Assembly (NCBI GenBank): GCA_964016885.1
Contig: OZ024740.1
Span: 196,106,001 to 196,170,000, forward strand
Direction: 5' to 3'
Origin: Eledone cirrhosa
Taxonomy: Eukaryota
Length of the DNA stretch: 64,000 nucleotides
Shown: one piece after another, positions 37,300 to 50,525 of the stretch
Layout of the letters: each line of letters starts with the position of its first letter
How positions within the stretch are numbered: the stretch's first letter is position 1
Notes under the pieces: generated by a model
Told to the model about the DNA's origin: nothing
The model's database searches: none
Seen by the model: the letters and a program-made list of their open reading frames with translations, nothing else
Made by a program: the position numbers and the translations under genes

Positions 37300-37720
37300 T
37301 ATTTAAGGTACGCAATAATGAAGTATTAAATAAAAAATTAGATAATAAAACAAAAAGAAATAAAGAAGTCGAAGAAAGACAAGGAAAATCTGTTTTAAAA
37401 AAAGGGGAAGGAGGAACAGAGAGGGGGAAAAACACACTTGGCTGTAAGGTACATCACAGCTGCTCCTTGCAGACGAGATGGTGAAAGCATTGCCAAAGAT
37501 AACAACCTGCAACATGTACTGCATCAGAAATTCCACCTCCAGGAGTTCCTTTCCTCAAGTGAGATGCACTCCTCCCGATTTTGCGGAGGAAAACGGAAGT
37601 CCAGGGACCGAGAACACTAGCGATCTCGGTGACAACTGGCACAAAGAGGAAGCAGTCGGTCAAATACCGATATTTGGCTATCTTCCGCTCCTCTGTATTA
37701 CAGGAGGCAGTGCACAGATT
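37300..37720 (-). mobile_element. CRE-like 3' fragment (diverged)
   Basis: EERKIAKYRYLTDCFLFVPVVTEIASVLGP..., ending with VIFGNA. Confidence 0.65.
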
Positions 37721-38489
37721 TGTGGCCAAAGCGATGAGGTTGGAACCAAAAAACCTGTTGGAACATGTGGCACCCCATTTTAGTGATTTCGTTCGAACAG
37801 GAAAAGGGTTATTCCGCCTGGGCGCCTACCGTCACCGTAGCTGAGGTCAGCAGTATATATTAAATTCATCATTTTTTTTACAATCTACGGTGAAATACGT
37901 AAATTTGACATGTTTATATAGTCTACATACTCATACACAATTAATATTTGTAATGTTACACGTGTAGTGAATTCCTTTGTTTATTTTTATTAATATATTT
38001 GTACATTCTTATTTATTTAACTACAGTCACCCACTGGCAAATGTATACATCTAAATTTAACTGTCATATGGCAGCTAACACTAGTATTTTGATCATGCTT
38101 AGAAATAGAATCTCTGTCAAAGGTTCAAACAGTGTTTCTGCCAGCGAAAATGATTTTCAGTTTGGGTCATCGTAATGTATTAGAAACTGAATTAGGTTCG
38201 TTGTAAAAAAAATATCGCGAACTACTAGTTTAAGAAATAAATATATATTAGTTATTTCTCTTCCATTAGATAACTAATATCTCCAGAAAGCTTCTATGTA
38301 GTCGCTTGACCAGCTCCAATGGTTAAAGGCACTTTGCACTCATAAACAGTAAATATTCTTTCACTTTCACGTTTATAATAACATATATAATGACACAATG
38401 CTTAGAGGAAAATCATAAAATCACATATCAACACGAGTGGATAAGTTCCTTCAGAATGAACATATAAACAGGGCATATAAATAAATTTA

Positions 38490-39835
38490 CAGTAGAATAA
38501 CATAACAAATATGTTTTAAATATATACATAAATAACATTACAAATGCCTCGGTAACACTACAAAGGATGGTAGAATGAAAGATAAATTCCTTCAATGCTA
38601 CAATATTAAGGAAAATGTAAAAGACGGGGTGAACAACGGAGCCAACACCAGAGCGAAATACAGCAACGACGCGAGTACTGGGCAACCTCTCTAATGATTT
38701 TTGAAGCACACTCGCAGCGTTGCCCCGGGTGATGGCGAGGCTGATGCGCTGAAACAGCCAAGCACCCTCGCGAGATTCGCCAGTCACCTCTATTAGGCGA
38801 GACGCCAGTGAGGAAAGGAACCTCGCAGTCAGCGGCCCGACTCCCCCAAACGTCTCGAAAGCCACAGGCTGAAAAATGTAGCTGGCCGACAGAGCAAAGT
38901 ATTTAAGGGTCTTACTCCGCTCGGCTGCAGAAGCTGTGGCTCTCGTCCTAACCGCAGCATCCAGGACGTGGGAAAGAGCAAAGGAGTCACTAACAGTGAT
39001 GTTCCAGACAAGGCACCTGCCTCTCGACCAGAGGCACAGGGTAAGACCGTCAGGTCTTTTGCCGTCACTTCTGGACAACCCAGATAGTTCAAAGACCGAG
39101 GGGATATTCGCCCGGGCCAAAGCTCTCTTCAGAATGAGGTTTCGCTCCGTGTGACGCGCGAAGCGGCCGGCATTCAGGCGGCAAGAAAGACCGTGGAGGC
39201 CTGTAGAGTCGAGGAGTTTTTCGCATCGGCACCTCAAACCCATGCAGACGTCGGCTCCCACTCTGAGGGCGATAGAGACACGAAGTTCATCCAGGCTGAG
39301 TAGGCCACCAACGTTGGCCACGGGTAGGGCATCGACCCAGTCGCCTGAGTATTTGGCGCTGGCAGATAGTAAGCGGCACCTTGGAAACTGATCTAACTAG
39401 ACGAAGAGGGAGTCGAAGGTGGCCCTTGAACTTATGCTGTCCCAAGCTCTCTGACTTCGACTGTCCTCCACCTTCTCAGGAAGAGACAAGCCCAGCCCAC
39501 TCCACCGCTGGAGAGCTTCACCCAACTCCCTGTTAGAACTAGTCCATGTTGGAGAGGAGAGGATGCTGCTCACCAGGGTGGAGCAAGCGTGGGTGGAGGA
39601 AAGGAAGCAGGGGAGAGAGAGGGACGAACACTTACAGAGACCAAGACCCCCAAATCGCTTGGGCAACGCAGCCTGATGGGACTCCGGAGAGAGTCTAACA
39701 TTGACCAGACACTCGAGTCTCTCGAAGATTAGGTCGTCGAAGCGTTGGAGGCAGGACGGAAATCTGTGAGAGGGGCTGACCCTGAGCAGATACAGAAGCT
39801 TAGGAATAGACAGGTAGTTCCTGAGTAAGAAGAAA
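38490..39835 (-). mobile_element. CRE-like non-LTR retrotransposon 3' part (zinc knuckle + restriction-like endonuclease)
   Basis: LPKRFGGLG, CRC..HGLSC, ARH, KRPDG, AFETFGG and FQRISLAITRGNAA are the typical C-terminus of CRE-clade elements. Confidence 0.85.
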
Positions 39836-40208
39836 TTTCATCCATTCAAGGTCGATAAAAATAGTACCAGTCTAGTACTAGGGTCGATTCTTCCTTTATA
39901 TCTTTTCGCATTTCCATTCTCTCACTCTCTATCCTCTGGAAGAAATCTGCTGTATTCAGACCCGGAAAGGAGATGGACTCCACCGGGTTAAAAAATGCCA
40001 TAGAAACGCCGTATGTCAATGTAGCACCCCTACAACACCTCCGGGAGTTATGGGACCATACATACTGTACCACGGTCAAGCTGTCAGCTGTAGTGAAGTG
40101 AAAGATTGAGGTGGAAGAGAGGGCCTAGAGGTCGGACCACATTGATTAATAGGATCCATGGTTTGAATACCGTTGATGCTATGTCTGCTCGATCCGGGTA
40201 GACTTATG

Positions 40209-40369
40209 CAGTGCTGAATTTAGGACAAATGAGGTCTGTACTAGTTAAGTTATGAGGCCCCTTACTTTCGAAAAATTAATCGTAAAAAACTTTTTGGCAG
40301 GAAGATGCCCCCCGGCCAACGGGGCTCTGTGCTTAAACACACTTAAACATAATGGTAAATCCAACACTG
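40209..40369. mobile_element. hAT-type MITE (related pieces at about 21476-21622 and 265-325)
   Basis: TIRs CAGTGCTGAATTTA / TAAATCCAACACTG. Imperfect 8-bp TSD GACTTATG / GACTTGGG. Confidence 0.65.
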
Positions 40370-41084
40370 GACTTGGGTCTAAATAACAATTAATGCACTT
40401 CAGAAGGGCATAGAAGTTCCGCATAAATTTTTGATTATATATTTTCGAAAGCAGACGAAGACACTAATAGAATGCTTTGCAGCATTTAGTTACGGCTCTT
40501 TACGTTCTGAGTTCAAATCCCACCGAGATCAATTTTGCTTTTCATCCTTCTCGAGTCGATAAAATAAAGTACTAGTAAAGTCGATATAACCGACTTTCCC
40601 TATTAACCAGAAACCATTAACTTCTTTTGGGGATCACATCCTGTCGAGAGTGATGTTTGTTTTTCATACCCACGCAAAATAATTTACAACTAGAATTACT
40701 GGACGCTTGTATCAGATCGTTTTCGGGAAATTAATTTATGTCTACCTCCCTTTCCTTCATTAATCGACATTTATAGTAGTTACAGAAGTACAGCTGCAAT
40801 TCCTCTGCTTACTAGAACTTTGACTCCAATTTTTGTTCCATTCTGAAGTGATTCACTAACGTTATTTAATACATTTAAGAAAAAGCACGAACGTCAAAAA
40901 CTATTCAGCTTAATTTTAAGAATTCATCAAATTATCACACTTCTGGCACATGTCCAAGGACACCAGTCGCATGAAAAATAACAATCAAGTTATGATCATC
41001 AAGTTTCATATGTATGGAGTCGTAACTCCTGATGGATTTGTAGTGACGTACGTGTCTAGAGCATTTTAAACCTGGTGGGATACA

Positions 41085-42425
41085 TCCTTTATAATAAATG
41101 ATATTTTTTTCACAATTGTATAAATAACATTACAAATTATTTATAATTCTTACAGAATGAAAATAGACACAAATAATATATACAATACTTAACAAATATA
41201 TAAGATTAAACAAAACGACCATCAATTCACCACCAAGTGCAACAATCGGCCGCAGATCATGAGGTCAACGGAACACTTTGTTGTAAACCAATAAGCTCGC
41301 AACATTGCCACAACCAGGCACCCTCACCATCATCACATGATACCTCAGTGAGGCGAGCCGCCAGTGAAGACAATAACTTCGCTGTCAGCGGCCCAACTCC
41401 ACCAAACGTCTCGAACGCCACAGACTGGAAAAAATAATTATTAGATAAATCCAGGTATTTCCGAATGTTATTCCGTTCGGCAACGGAAGCAGTGGTCCCC
41501 ACATTTACCGCGGCGACTATGATATGGGAGGGAGCAAAAGTGTCACTGACTGTGGCGTCCCAGATGAGACACCTACCTCTTACCCAGGAACAAAGGGTAA
41601 AGCCGTCTGGTCTCTTCCCATTACTTCTGGATAATCCAGTTGGTTCCAGAACTGAAGGTATGTTTATCTGAGCCAGGGCCCGTTTAATGATCACGTTTAC
41701 CTCAGTGTGGCGGGCGAAATGACCAGCATTCAGGCTGCAGGACAAACCATGTCGGTCTGTGAAGTCGAGGGACCTACCACAGCGTCATCTCAAACCCCCA
41801 CTCGAAGTGAAATGGATATGCGGAGCTTATCCTAACAGAGAAGACCACCAATGTTGGCTACAGGCAGAGCATCAATCCAGTCCCCCAAGAACTTTGTGCT
41901 TGCAGAAAGAAAGCGGCACCTAGAAAATTGATCGAAATGATTAAAGAGAGAGTTAAAAGTTTCCCTCGTAAGCAGATTGTCCCATACTCTCTGCTCCCGT
42001 CTATCCTAATCAGTAACGGAAACTAACAAAGCGTTGGAGAGACGACGAGAATTTGTAAGAGGGACTAACTCTGAGAAAATACAAATAATTATTAAGTATA
42101 AAATAACCTTGGTGCGGCTCAATGACTTCGAAGTTTTTTATAAGTTGCTCAAGGTTAGGCAAATTAGATCGAAGATGGACTCGAAGGGTTGGTCGGATGA
42201 AGGAAGAACCGCGATGGAGGGGAAGGACTGTGTGAACAAGTCAACAGTCTACTGATGTGAAGCTAGGTGGCTGAGAAGCCAGAGCTCGCATATGGAACTG
42301 TTGACGCGAAGACCCCTATGATCCAGTTCCTAATCCTCGTTTTCGCGGTTAGATGGACCTAGTCCGGAGGACCCCCAAACAAGCATTAGTTATATTTCTC
42401 ATAGAATGATGTCCTAAAAAGAACA
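41085..42425 (-). mobile_element. CRE-like element, decayed and internally deleted
   Basis: ORF 41257-41745 has ARHTEVN..KRPDG..WDATV..AFETFGG. Upstream sequence is homologous to 39300-39460, followed by RT-like remnants. Confidence 0.8.
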
Positions 42426-42591
42426 AGGTGTCTCTCTCTAACCGCGCACTCGGGTAGTATACCGAGTATTTCCATGTCCCCAACCATGCATACATACATA
42501 CGCATGCACGCACACGCACATACATACATACATACATACATACATACATACATACATACATACATACATACATACATACATACATACATAC

Positions 42592-42968
42592 ATGGTGGCT
42601 GCCAACTCGTTTTCGAGTACGGCCACTACTTTATATCCATGTAGGAGAACCGCTACCGATGTGCTAAACAAGTGTGACTTTTTAGTCCAGCCAGCGATTT
42701 GAAAACTCTGGTACAAACACTACACTTGTGACAAATATTGACACTTAGTGTTGGGTCCATGGTACCATGTGACGACAAGTGTAGAGAGATCTCCAGATAT
42801 AAAGCAATGCCTGTGCCGTGAAGCTTTTATAGTGAGCAAAGGCACTGCACAAAGCCAGTCCCACTCTCTTAACCAAGATGATATGTACCAAAAAGAAGAA
42901 CAAGTCAACATCATTGGATACCATCAGGGTTGCAGGTGTTATATCAGAGTTTTCCTTCTCCTAGAATT
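42592..42968. mobile_element. Unclassified ~0.4 kb interspersed repeat embedded in (CATA)n
   Basis: Near-identical to 46474-46887. Diverged relative at about 44815-45165. Confidence 0.75.
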
Positions 42969-43235
42969 CATACATACATACATACATACATACATACATA
43001 CATACATACATACATACATACATACACACACTATGAACCAATGATCACACCACATGCTAGAAATGGCAACCATGCATCCCTCAAATAACACCACATCATA
43101 TTTTATTTTTTTTATTTAAAAAAAATTGAAATACATTGTATAACGTAGTCCTAGATTAACTGCGTGAAATAAAGACGGAGTAGTTCAAGGGCAGTGCAAC
43201 TGTACATGTTATGTTATAATCTTGGTTGATATGTG

Positions 43236-43912
43236 ATAATTGTTTCTACTTTTTGGCACAAGGCCAGCAAATTACCCAGTGCATTACTGGTACTTTATTT
43301 TATCGACTCCGTAAGGATGAAAGGCAAAGTTAACCTCGGCGGGATTTGAACTCAGAATGGCAAGGGCCGTAACTCTATGCATCAAAGCATGGCGTCCGAC
43401 CCTCTACCGATACTGCCAATCCAAACAGCTAAACTAATCACTACAACTAAATTGACCAAATTTGATCCCTCCTCCCCAAAATGCTTCCACCGACCCTGTA
43501 GTTATGATTAGAACGTTTTTGATCACAAGTTTGTTTATTCAGAGCCCAACTGGAGTTAAAGAACACATGCACGCACATATGTAACATCTCGTTTATTTAT
43601 TTATTTAATTGCAAGATATAAGGCTAATTCGTGTAAGGGAACATTTATTGAATTAATATCAGTATATTACCGGTATTTATTTTATCGACTATCAAGGTTT
43701 AAACTCAGAAACCCCGAGAGAGTGAAATGAAATATAATTGTTTCTACTTTAGGCACAATGCCAGCAATAACCAGTACATTACTGGTACTTTATTTTATCG
43801 ACCCCGTAAGGATGAAAGGCAAAGTTAACCTCGGCGGGATTTGAACTCAGACTGTAAAGGGACGTAACTATGCTAGAAAGCATGGCGTCCAACCCTCTAC
43901 CGATACTGCCAA
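43236..43912 (-). mobile_element. Two SINE family B copies (43236-43400 and 43735-43912) with a degenerate third between them
   Basis: Near-identical reverse-complement copies of family B. Confidence 0.8.
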
Positions 43913-44105
43913 TTCACATGAAATATAATGCATGTTGAATCCACTAGCCCAGCGTTTCAGATAATTTACCTCCCACGTATGTTATCTAGTTTCATTTATC
44001 AATACTGTCCTTTGGCTCACAATACAGGTACACATACAGAAATACTGAAGCGCATACACACACAGATATATATTTATGTATACATGAGTGCGCACGTTAA
44101 CTCAC

Positions 44106-44239
44106 GCAGACCGAAGTGGACAGTGTTTGCCTGATTTAACATGCGGAAACTGCGGCACAGACAGACATAACACAACACTTTATCAACATTTTAACGCCGA
44201 GACATGGATCTGCATTTAAAAAACCGTTTCCATGACAAC
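44106..44239 (-). promoter_or_regulatory. Candidate promoter and non-coding first exon of the neurensin gene, with an RFX X-box
   Basis: Apparently non-repetitive stretch that retains CpGs. Minus-strand donor TCTGC|GTGAGT at 44105. GTTTCCATGACAAC at 44226-44239 matches the X-box consensus RTHNYYWTRRNRAC. The exon starting at 22446 has an acceptor, so an upstream exon is expected somewhere. Confidence 0.35.
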
Positions 44240-45205
44240 CAAAAATGTCTTCTTTGCTATTCATAATTGGTCAAAGAGTATTTGAACGTTGTTCCCTGTA
44301 CTATAAAATTCACTACTTTATCATTGAGCAGAATATATTGTATATAGTACGTTTATGCCTTTATACACATAAACAGACCTGCCAACCTCTAAAAACCAAA
44401 ACGAGGAGTACCATGAAAAAACGTGCCCCAAAACGGAGAAATGAGGCAAAATAGGGGGATGTTACATAATGAAAGCTAGACCCATTTTCACAAGAGAAGA
44501 CATCTCCCACTCACCCCAAAGTGGATGAGAGATCTCCCCGTCTGTCGGGGAGAGTTGACATGTCTGCATAAGTATATTGGCGCGCCTACATTTTCCAACT
44601 AATTAGCGACAGAACTTCTAAGCACTCACAAGACCTTCTCTAGAAATAGCAGCCAAATCTCACTCAACCATACCTTACAAACGGAAGGACACAAACAATG
44701 TAGTCCTAGCGAATGGTTATCATGCAACCATGCTTGCAACTATACATACATACATACATGCATACATACATGCATGCATACGTACGTATATACATGCATG
44801 CATGCATATATATATGATGATGGTTTCCCCCTCGTTATCGAGTATGGCCATTGCACGATATACCATTATTAATAATTATTAATTAATTCTATCGTGCAAT
44901 GCCTGTGCGTGAAGATATTTTTGAAAGTGAGGAAAGAATGTCCACTGAGCCAATCCCACTCTCTGGGCGACAGTAGCTATAACACGAAAAGAAGAAAAGA
45001 TCAACATCATCGGTAACTACTGAGCCGCAGGTTTTATATCGGAGTTATCCCAGTTTCCTAAGTTGCCTTCTCCTAGAAAAATGCCCTGACAAAGGCTAGG
45101 GGTCCTTCACTCCCAGTGATTTAACCGCGCGATCGGGTGTCCAGCCCGACTATTTCTATGTCCCCGCGCATATACACACACATGCACCCATGTATATATA
45201 CATAC

Positions 45206-45523
45206 ACATGGCTTAGTGGTTAGAGCATTTGCCTTGCAATCGAAAGGTTGTGAGTTCAATTCTCAGACTGGGTGATGTGTTGTTTCCTTGAGCAAGACAC
45301 TTTATTTCACATTGCTCCAGTTTACTCAGCTGTAGAAATGAGATGATAGGGACCCCAGTCCCTATCATTCCACTTTGAAGGTGCCACGGCCAAAAAGCAC
45401 CCAGCACTCACTGTAAATGAGTTGGTGTTAGGAAGGGCATCCAGCTGTAGAAATCAAGCAAGAATCAGTTCCCATCCCACCCTTGCAAGCAGGGAAAAGC
45501 GGACGTAAAAATGATGATGATGA
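45206..45523 (+). mobile_element. SINE family A copy
   Basis: Same head, body and (TGA)n tail. Related heads also at about 19096, 20470, 21622, 26395 and 60240. Confidence 0.85.
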
Positions 45524-45767
45524 TACACATGTACATGTGTATATACATATTTACACACTTTTGGATGGCTGTTGACTCTTATGAGTTCTTCCGCCCTTTG
45601 TCAGATTTTGTTTTTGTCCTGCAGGGTGTCCAAAATCACCCTCCTCACCAAGTAAACTTGGTGGAGTTGCCGGTTTAGTCGGCGACGACCCAACCATGCA
45701 ACAGGTTGTACTGGGTTACATGTTACCAGTAGCACTCAAGAGTGACCTGACATATATATATATACAT

Positions 45768-46376
45768 ACGAATGGCAAAGCATAAATGAATTGAGAGAGA
45801 GACTGAGCATAAGAGGAATCAAATGCTGTGTGCAGGAGAGGCGGTTGCGTTGGTATGGACATGTGATGCGTATGAAGGATGACAGCTGTATAAAAAGGTG
45901 CAGAGCACTAGAAGTCAATGGAAACCGCGGAGTGGGGAGACTCAAGATGACCTGGGATGAGGTGATAAAAGCCGACCTTACCCAATTACACCTCTCAAAG
46001 GCAATGACACATGACCGTGACCTCTGGCGTCACGCAGTAATACAGAGTACCCGACCTTCCATGGGTACAAGCTGAAGCATATAGACAATATGCCCCCACA
46101 CCCTCCCACTGCAAAGTGGTTGTGGAGGTGCCACAGCAAAAAAGCACCCAGCCCACGCTGTAAAGTGGACGTGTAGGCGCCACAGAAAAAAAACACCCAG
46201 CACTCACTGTAAATGAGGTTGGTGTTAGGAAGGGCATCCAATTGTAGAAATCAAGCCAAAATCAGTTCCTGTATGAGCAAGACATGGTCAGCCGACCAGA
46301 CACTGCCCACAACAGGACAACCCGTCTAACCCATGCTAGCATGGAAGAACGGACGTAAAACGGTGATGATGATGAT
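45768..46376 (+). mobile_element. RTE 3' fragment joined to a minisatellite body and (TGA)n tail
   Basis: ERRLRWYGHVMRM...RHAVIQSTR, then AAAGCACCCAG units, AGGAAGGGCATCC and an RTE-type tail. Confidence 0.8.
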
Positions 46377-46473
46377 ACATACACATGCATACATACACAC
46401 GCTTACATGCACACATACATACATACATACATACATACATACATACATACATACATACATACATACATACATA

Positions 46474-46887
46474 CATGGTGGCTGCCAACTCGTTTTCGAG
46501 TATGGCCACTACTTTATATCCATGTAGGAGAACCCCTACCGATGCGCTGAACGAGTGTGACTTTTTAGTCCAGCCAGCGACTTAAAAACTCTGGTACAAA
46601 CACTACACTTGTGACAATTATTGACACTTAGTGCTGGGCCCATGGTATCATGTGACGACAAATGCAGGGAGATCTCCAGATATAAAGCAATGCCTGTGCC
46701 GTGAAGCTTTTATAGTGAGCAAAGGCACTGCACAAAGCCAGTCCCACTCTCTTAACCAAGATGATATTTACCAAAAAGAAGAACACGTCAACATCATTGG
46801 ATACCATCAGAGTTGCAGGTGTTATATCAGAGTTTTCCTTCTCCTAGAATTCTGCCTTGACAAAGGCTAAGGGGTCATCTCTCCCAT
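46474..46887. mobile_element. Second copy of the (CATA)n-embedded repeat
   Basis: Direct repeat of 42592-42968 with (CATA)n on both sides. Confidence 0.75.
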
Positions 46888-46890
46888 GCA

Positions 46891-46921
<31 letters not shown>

Positions 46922-48359
46922 CTCAGTTAGGGCTCTACAGGGATTAAAATATAGCATAAATAGAGATACCAGCTTAGTATATTATTTTAAATAGTAATAT
47001 GGACCCAAATGAAGAGCATACACTTTTTTTAAAATCCAGAAACAGAGTCGCACCCACCGAGCTCTAGATTTTAGATAAACTCACACATTGCGATCTGCAA
47101 ATATGATAAAATTAGAATACAAATTAAACTAATTAAATCGAATGTTATAATAAAATTATGAACCAGGTTAAATGAATCAACTTTAATAATGAGTGCACAG
47201 GTTTACTCAGCATTAATTCTGTTGAAAAGTAGCAGTAAAAATGAGTACAGAGGAGGTTGTGTCTGTGGAGAGGAAATAGGCTGTGCTTTCTTCCTTGTAC
47301 ACTGGTTGCTTTTTGGAGAATGTTAAGTGAAATCCTTGGGTTAAATTTGCATGTATTTAATACCATGTGAATCATTCTTAAGTCTTCTCTGACAAGTCAA
47401 CCAATGGCAGTAAGATATTATGTAAAAATAAAAATTAAGAAAAAAAAACTGTCTTTGCATTGCTGCTTCTCTCAGAGTGATTCCCAGTAAACTGTTTTGT
47501 GATATTTTTAATCTTGGAGCTGCAGGTACTGGGGAATTCAATAGTAAGAATTCTTTATGTTATTTCTGATTCTATAGGAGGGTTTTCAAACTAATTTTAG
47601 ATATATTGATGAGCTAACTTCTGCATCTTGCTCTTCAATAGATAAACCTTCACAATGAAACTCTATTAACTATTTTCCACATTGACAATTTGCATTCTCC
47701 CTTCATTGGTTAGTTCAGAAAACATTAGATATGTTTGACTATAGCTACTTCTCAATTCTCCTCATGCAGTTCTTGGATATTCTATCCATGGCTTTTCAAG
47801 ATATGTTAGTTTTACCAAACATCTCTGGCAATTCATTTCTTCATTAAAGGTTGGGCTGAGAGTGGATCTCAAAACACTGAATCTTGGAGAGGAGGTGATA
47901 AAGTAACACAAGTAGAAGAAGTCTTTGCTGAAAAACAACCATCTAACCCATAAAAGCATGGAAAAAATGAACATAAAAAGGATGTTGATGATGATGATTA
48001 TATATATGGTTAAAATTACTTAAAGAAAGCCAGTATAATGCAAGCTAGAAATAAAGTAATACAAAACAAAGCAACAGATTACTTTTCTTGATTTGCCAAG
48101 GTTTTGCAAGCAGGGAAAAGCGGACATAAAATGATGATGATGATGATGATGAAGACCTATTTTCAAGAAACTAAATGAAGTTTGATGGTAGTAGTAAACA
48201 CAGCATTTTGTGCAGATATATGAATTGGATATGGGGTAGAGATATGCATAGACTGCACAATTACAATAACCAATCACTAACTACACATTTAGGAAAGCCT
48301 ACTAGCTTCATTTCATTCTGGGCCTTCCACATTCGATGCCCATGACTCACAACCATGAA

Positions 48360-49410
48360 ATATATTTTATATGGAGGCATCCTATAATCTTCCCTCTGCT
48401 AAGAGGGAGAATCCCTTTGTTGTCAGCTGAGATATTAGCTCCTTGAACTTTTTCCATCCTATTATTATTCTGGCTACTATGCTTTCAGAGTACTGCTAAA
48501 TTGGTCACCTAGGTACTAGAAGATAGCAACTACTTCTATGGAGCCTTGCTTTGATTTAGAAAAGTTAATTTCATTGGTGCTCTTACAACTAACTATCCCT
48601 GTGTATCTACCACACACAAAATCTCTTTTCTTTGATAGCCTGTCTGTGGTGCTAGTACATCTTTTATGCAGCCAAAGTTTACACTGTATGGAGTTTCTTC
48701 CTACTTCTTTTCTACAAATTGAGCATAGCCATTTCCCAGATAGCAGTATGATCCTGTCTTCTTTCCTAAATGCTAAGACTTTGATCTTTATGAAGTTTAT
48801 TCTAAAGTCTTTCCAATTCTGTTTTGTTTCTACATCTCAAATTTCTTCTTTAAATCTTCCACAAATCAACTATAAGTACTATGTCATCAGTATAAAGGAG
48901 TTTCCATAGCCAGTTCTAAACACCTGTTATCACCTGCGTTGAGAACTGCTCCTAGATGAATGTATTGAATTCCTCACTAAGCTCATTGCCTGCTCACACT
49001 TTGCTGACAACACTACTGTACATGTCTTTCTCTGTTTTCACAAGCCACTCATCTACACCTAGTTTGTTTAAGGACCACCAGACAACATATCATGGTACTC
49101 ACTTAAATGTTTTCTCCAGTTAGATATGAAAGTTAGATATAGTGGCTTACACGTAGCTTGGAACTTCCTTTGCAGTTATCTTGCTAAAATGAAAGTATCT
49201 GTGGTGCTCTTTCTTGGCACAAACCCAAACAGCATCTCACCTCATATGATTCTTCTGATTAATTGTGCTGATCTTTCTGTCATCTTCATACTTGATCCAT
49301 CAGTTTTATACCTTTATAGTTACGACTTTATAAAGCAGCACTTTGTTTCTCATAAGAATTAATGATTATACTACTTTGCCAGTCACATATTACCTGGTTG
49401 ACTATGTGAG
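48360..49410 (-). mobile_element. Old, heavily decayed RTE fragment
   Basis: Reverse strand shows FGFVPRKSTTD-, LIADD-, GKWLCSICRK..CKLWLHKRC- and YLGDQ-like remnants. Confidence 0.7.
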
Positions 49411-49417
49411 TGACTAA

Positions 49418-49448
<31 letters not shown>

Positions 49449-49491
49449 TAATTCAAAATATTAACAAAATAGATATTCTTGTGATCAAGTA

Positions 49492-49558
49492 TATTTTATT
49501 ATACATATTTCAGAGGTACTGAGTTAACTTCAACAGTACGTCCTCATCAGATAAAATA
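49492..49558 (-). ncRNA. Hammerhead ribozyme, copy in the inverted pLTR
   Basis: Reverse-complement copy of 53170-53236 with a better-paired stem II (GTACTG..CAGTAC). Confidence 0.8.
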
Positions 49559-50129
49559 AGATGATGCTTGACATACCCTGACATAGTATATGGTTAAGAT
49601 TCAGTCATGGTAGTGAGTAATATATGACAAAACTTAATATTTATATACCTTAATATTGAGAACATGAGAAAAATATATAATACATACAATAGAGAGGGTG
49701 CATGTGAGACAGCTTAAAAAATACTTGGCATCAATATAACTGTTAAATAATTTAAATTACTGAAGAAAGAAGAAAGGAAAGCATAGAGGAAGAAACAGAT
49801 GAGGAGATAATATAGTTAGTAGGAGCCTAGAAAAACAAAAGAGAGTTGATTACAGAGAGAGAGAGAGATAAATAGGAATAACTTATGTTCAAGTCTTTAG
49901 ACAATTATCCATATATACAATATATATCTAAACTTATTTGGTTGACCGTTAATATTCAAAATATTTAGTTTAAGTTAGTTCAGAGTAATGAATAATATTT
50001 TAGGTTTTAAAAGTTAATAGGTATCTGTATTAATATTAAAGTATACTATCAAATTTAATTTCTAAAATCAAATTTTATGAAATCAAATTTAAACCCTTTA
50101 AATTTGATTTCATAAAATTTGATTTTAGA

Positions 50130-50525
50130 AATATGGAACGGTATTTATGTTGACTAGGGAAGGAATTATCTAAAGCCTTAAAGAATAGATAAGCTAGTGG
50201 TGTTTTTACTGCTACAGATGCAGGGGGGGGGGGGGGGGAATATAACTGATTTAGTTCTGGTTCTTTTCCCTGATTTATTCACAGTACAGGTGTTTGAATT
50301 ATAATTTTTAGAATTTCGTTTATACATGCCAGTCATATTATTATTTTTATCAGGATTAAGATTCGAATTATTATTGTCTATATATTCTATATTATTTTTA
50401 TAACCTGCTTTTCTTAGCGCATCATTGTAATATCCTGCTTTTTCATCAAATATTGATTTATTAGCAGATATTCTAGTTATGCGTTTCTGTACACTATTGA
50501 CAATTGCATTTTTCACAGATTTAGG
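50130..50525 (-). pseudogene. Inverted upstream (RT thumb/linker) segment of the same Penelope ORF
   Basis: IVNSVQKRITRISANKSIF..YYNDALRKAGY..RTRTKSVIF.PP. Its last ~90 bp (50129-50218) duplicate 50547-50636 in inverted orientation. Confidence 0.8.
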
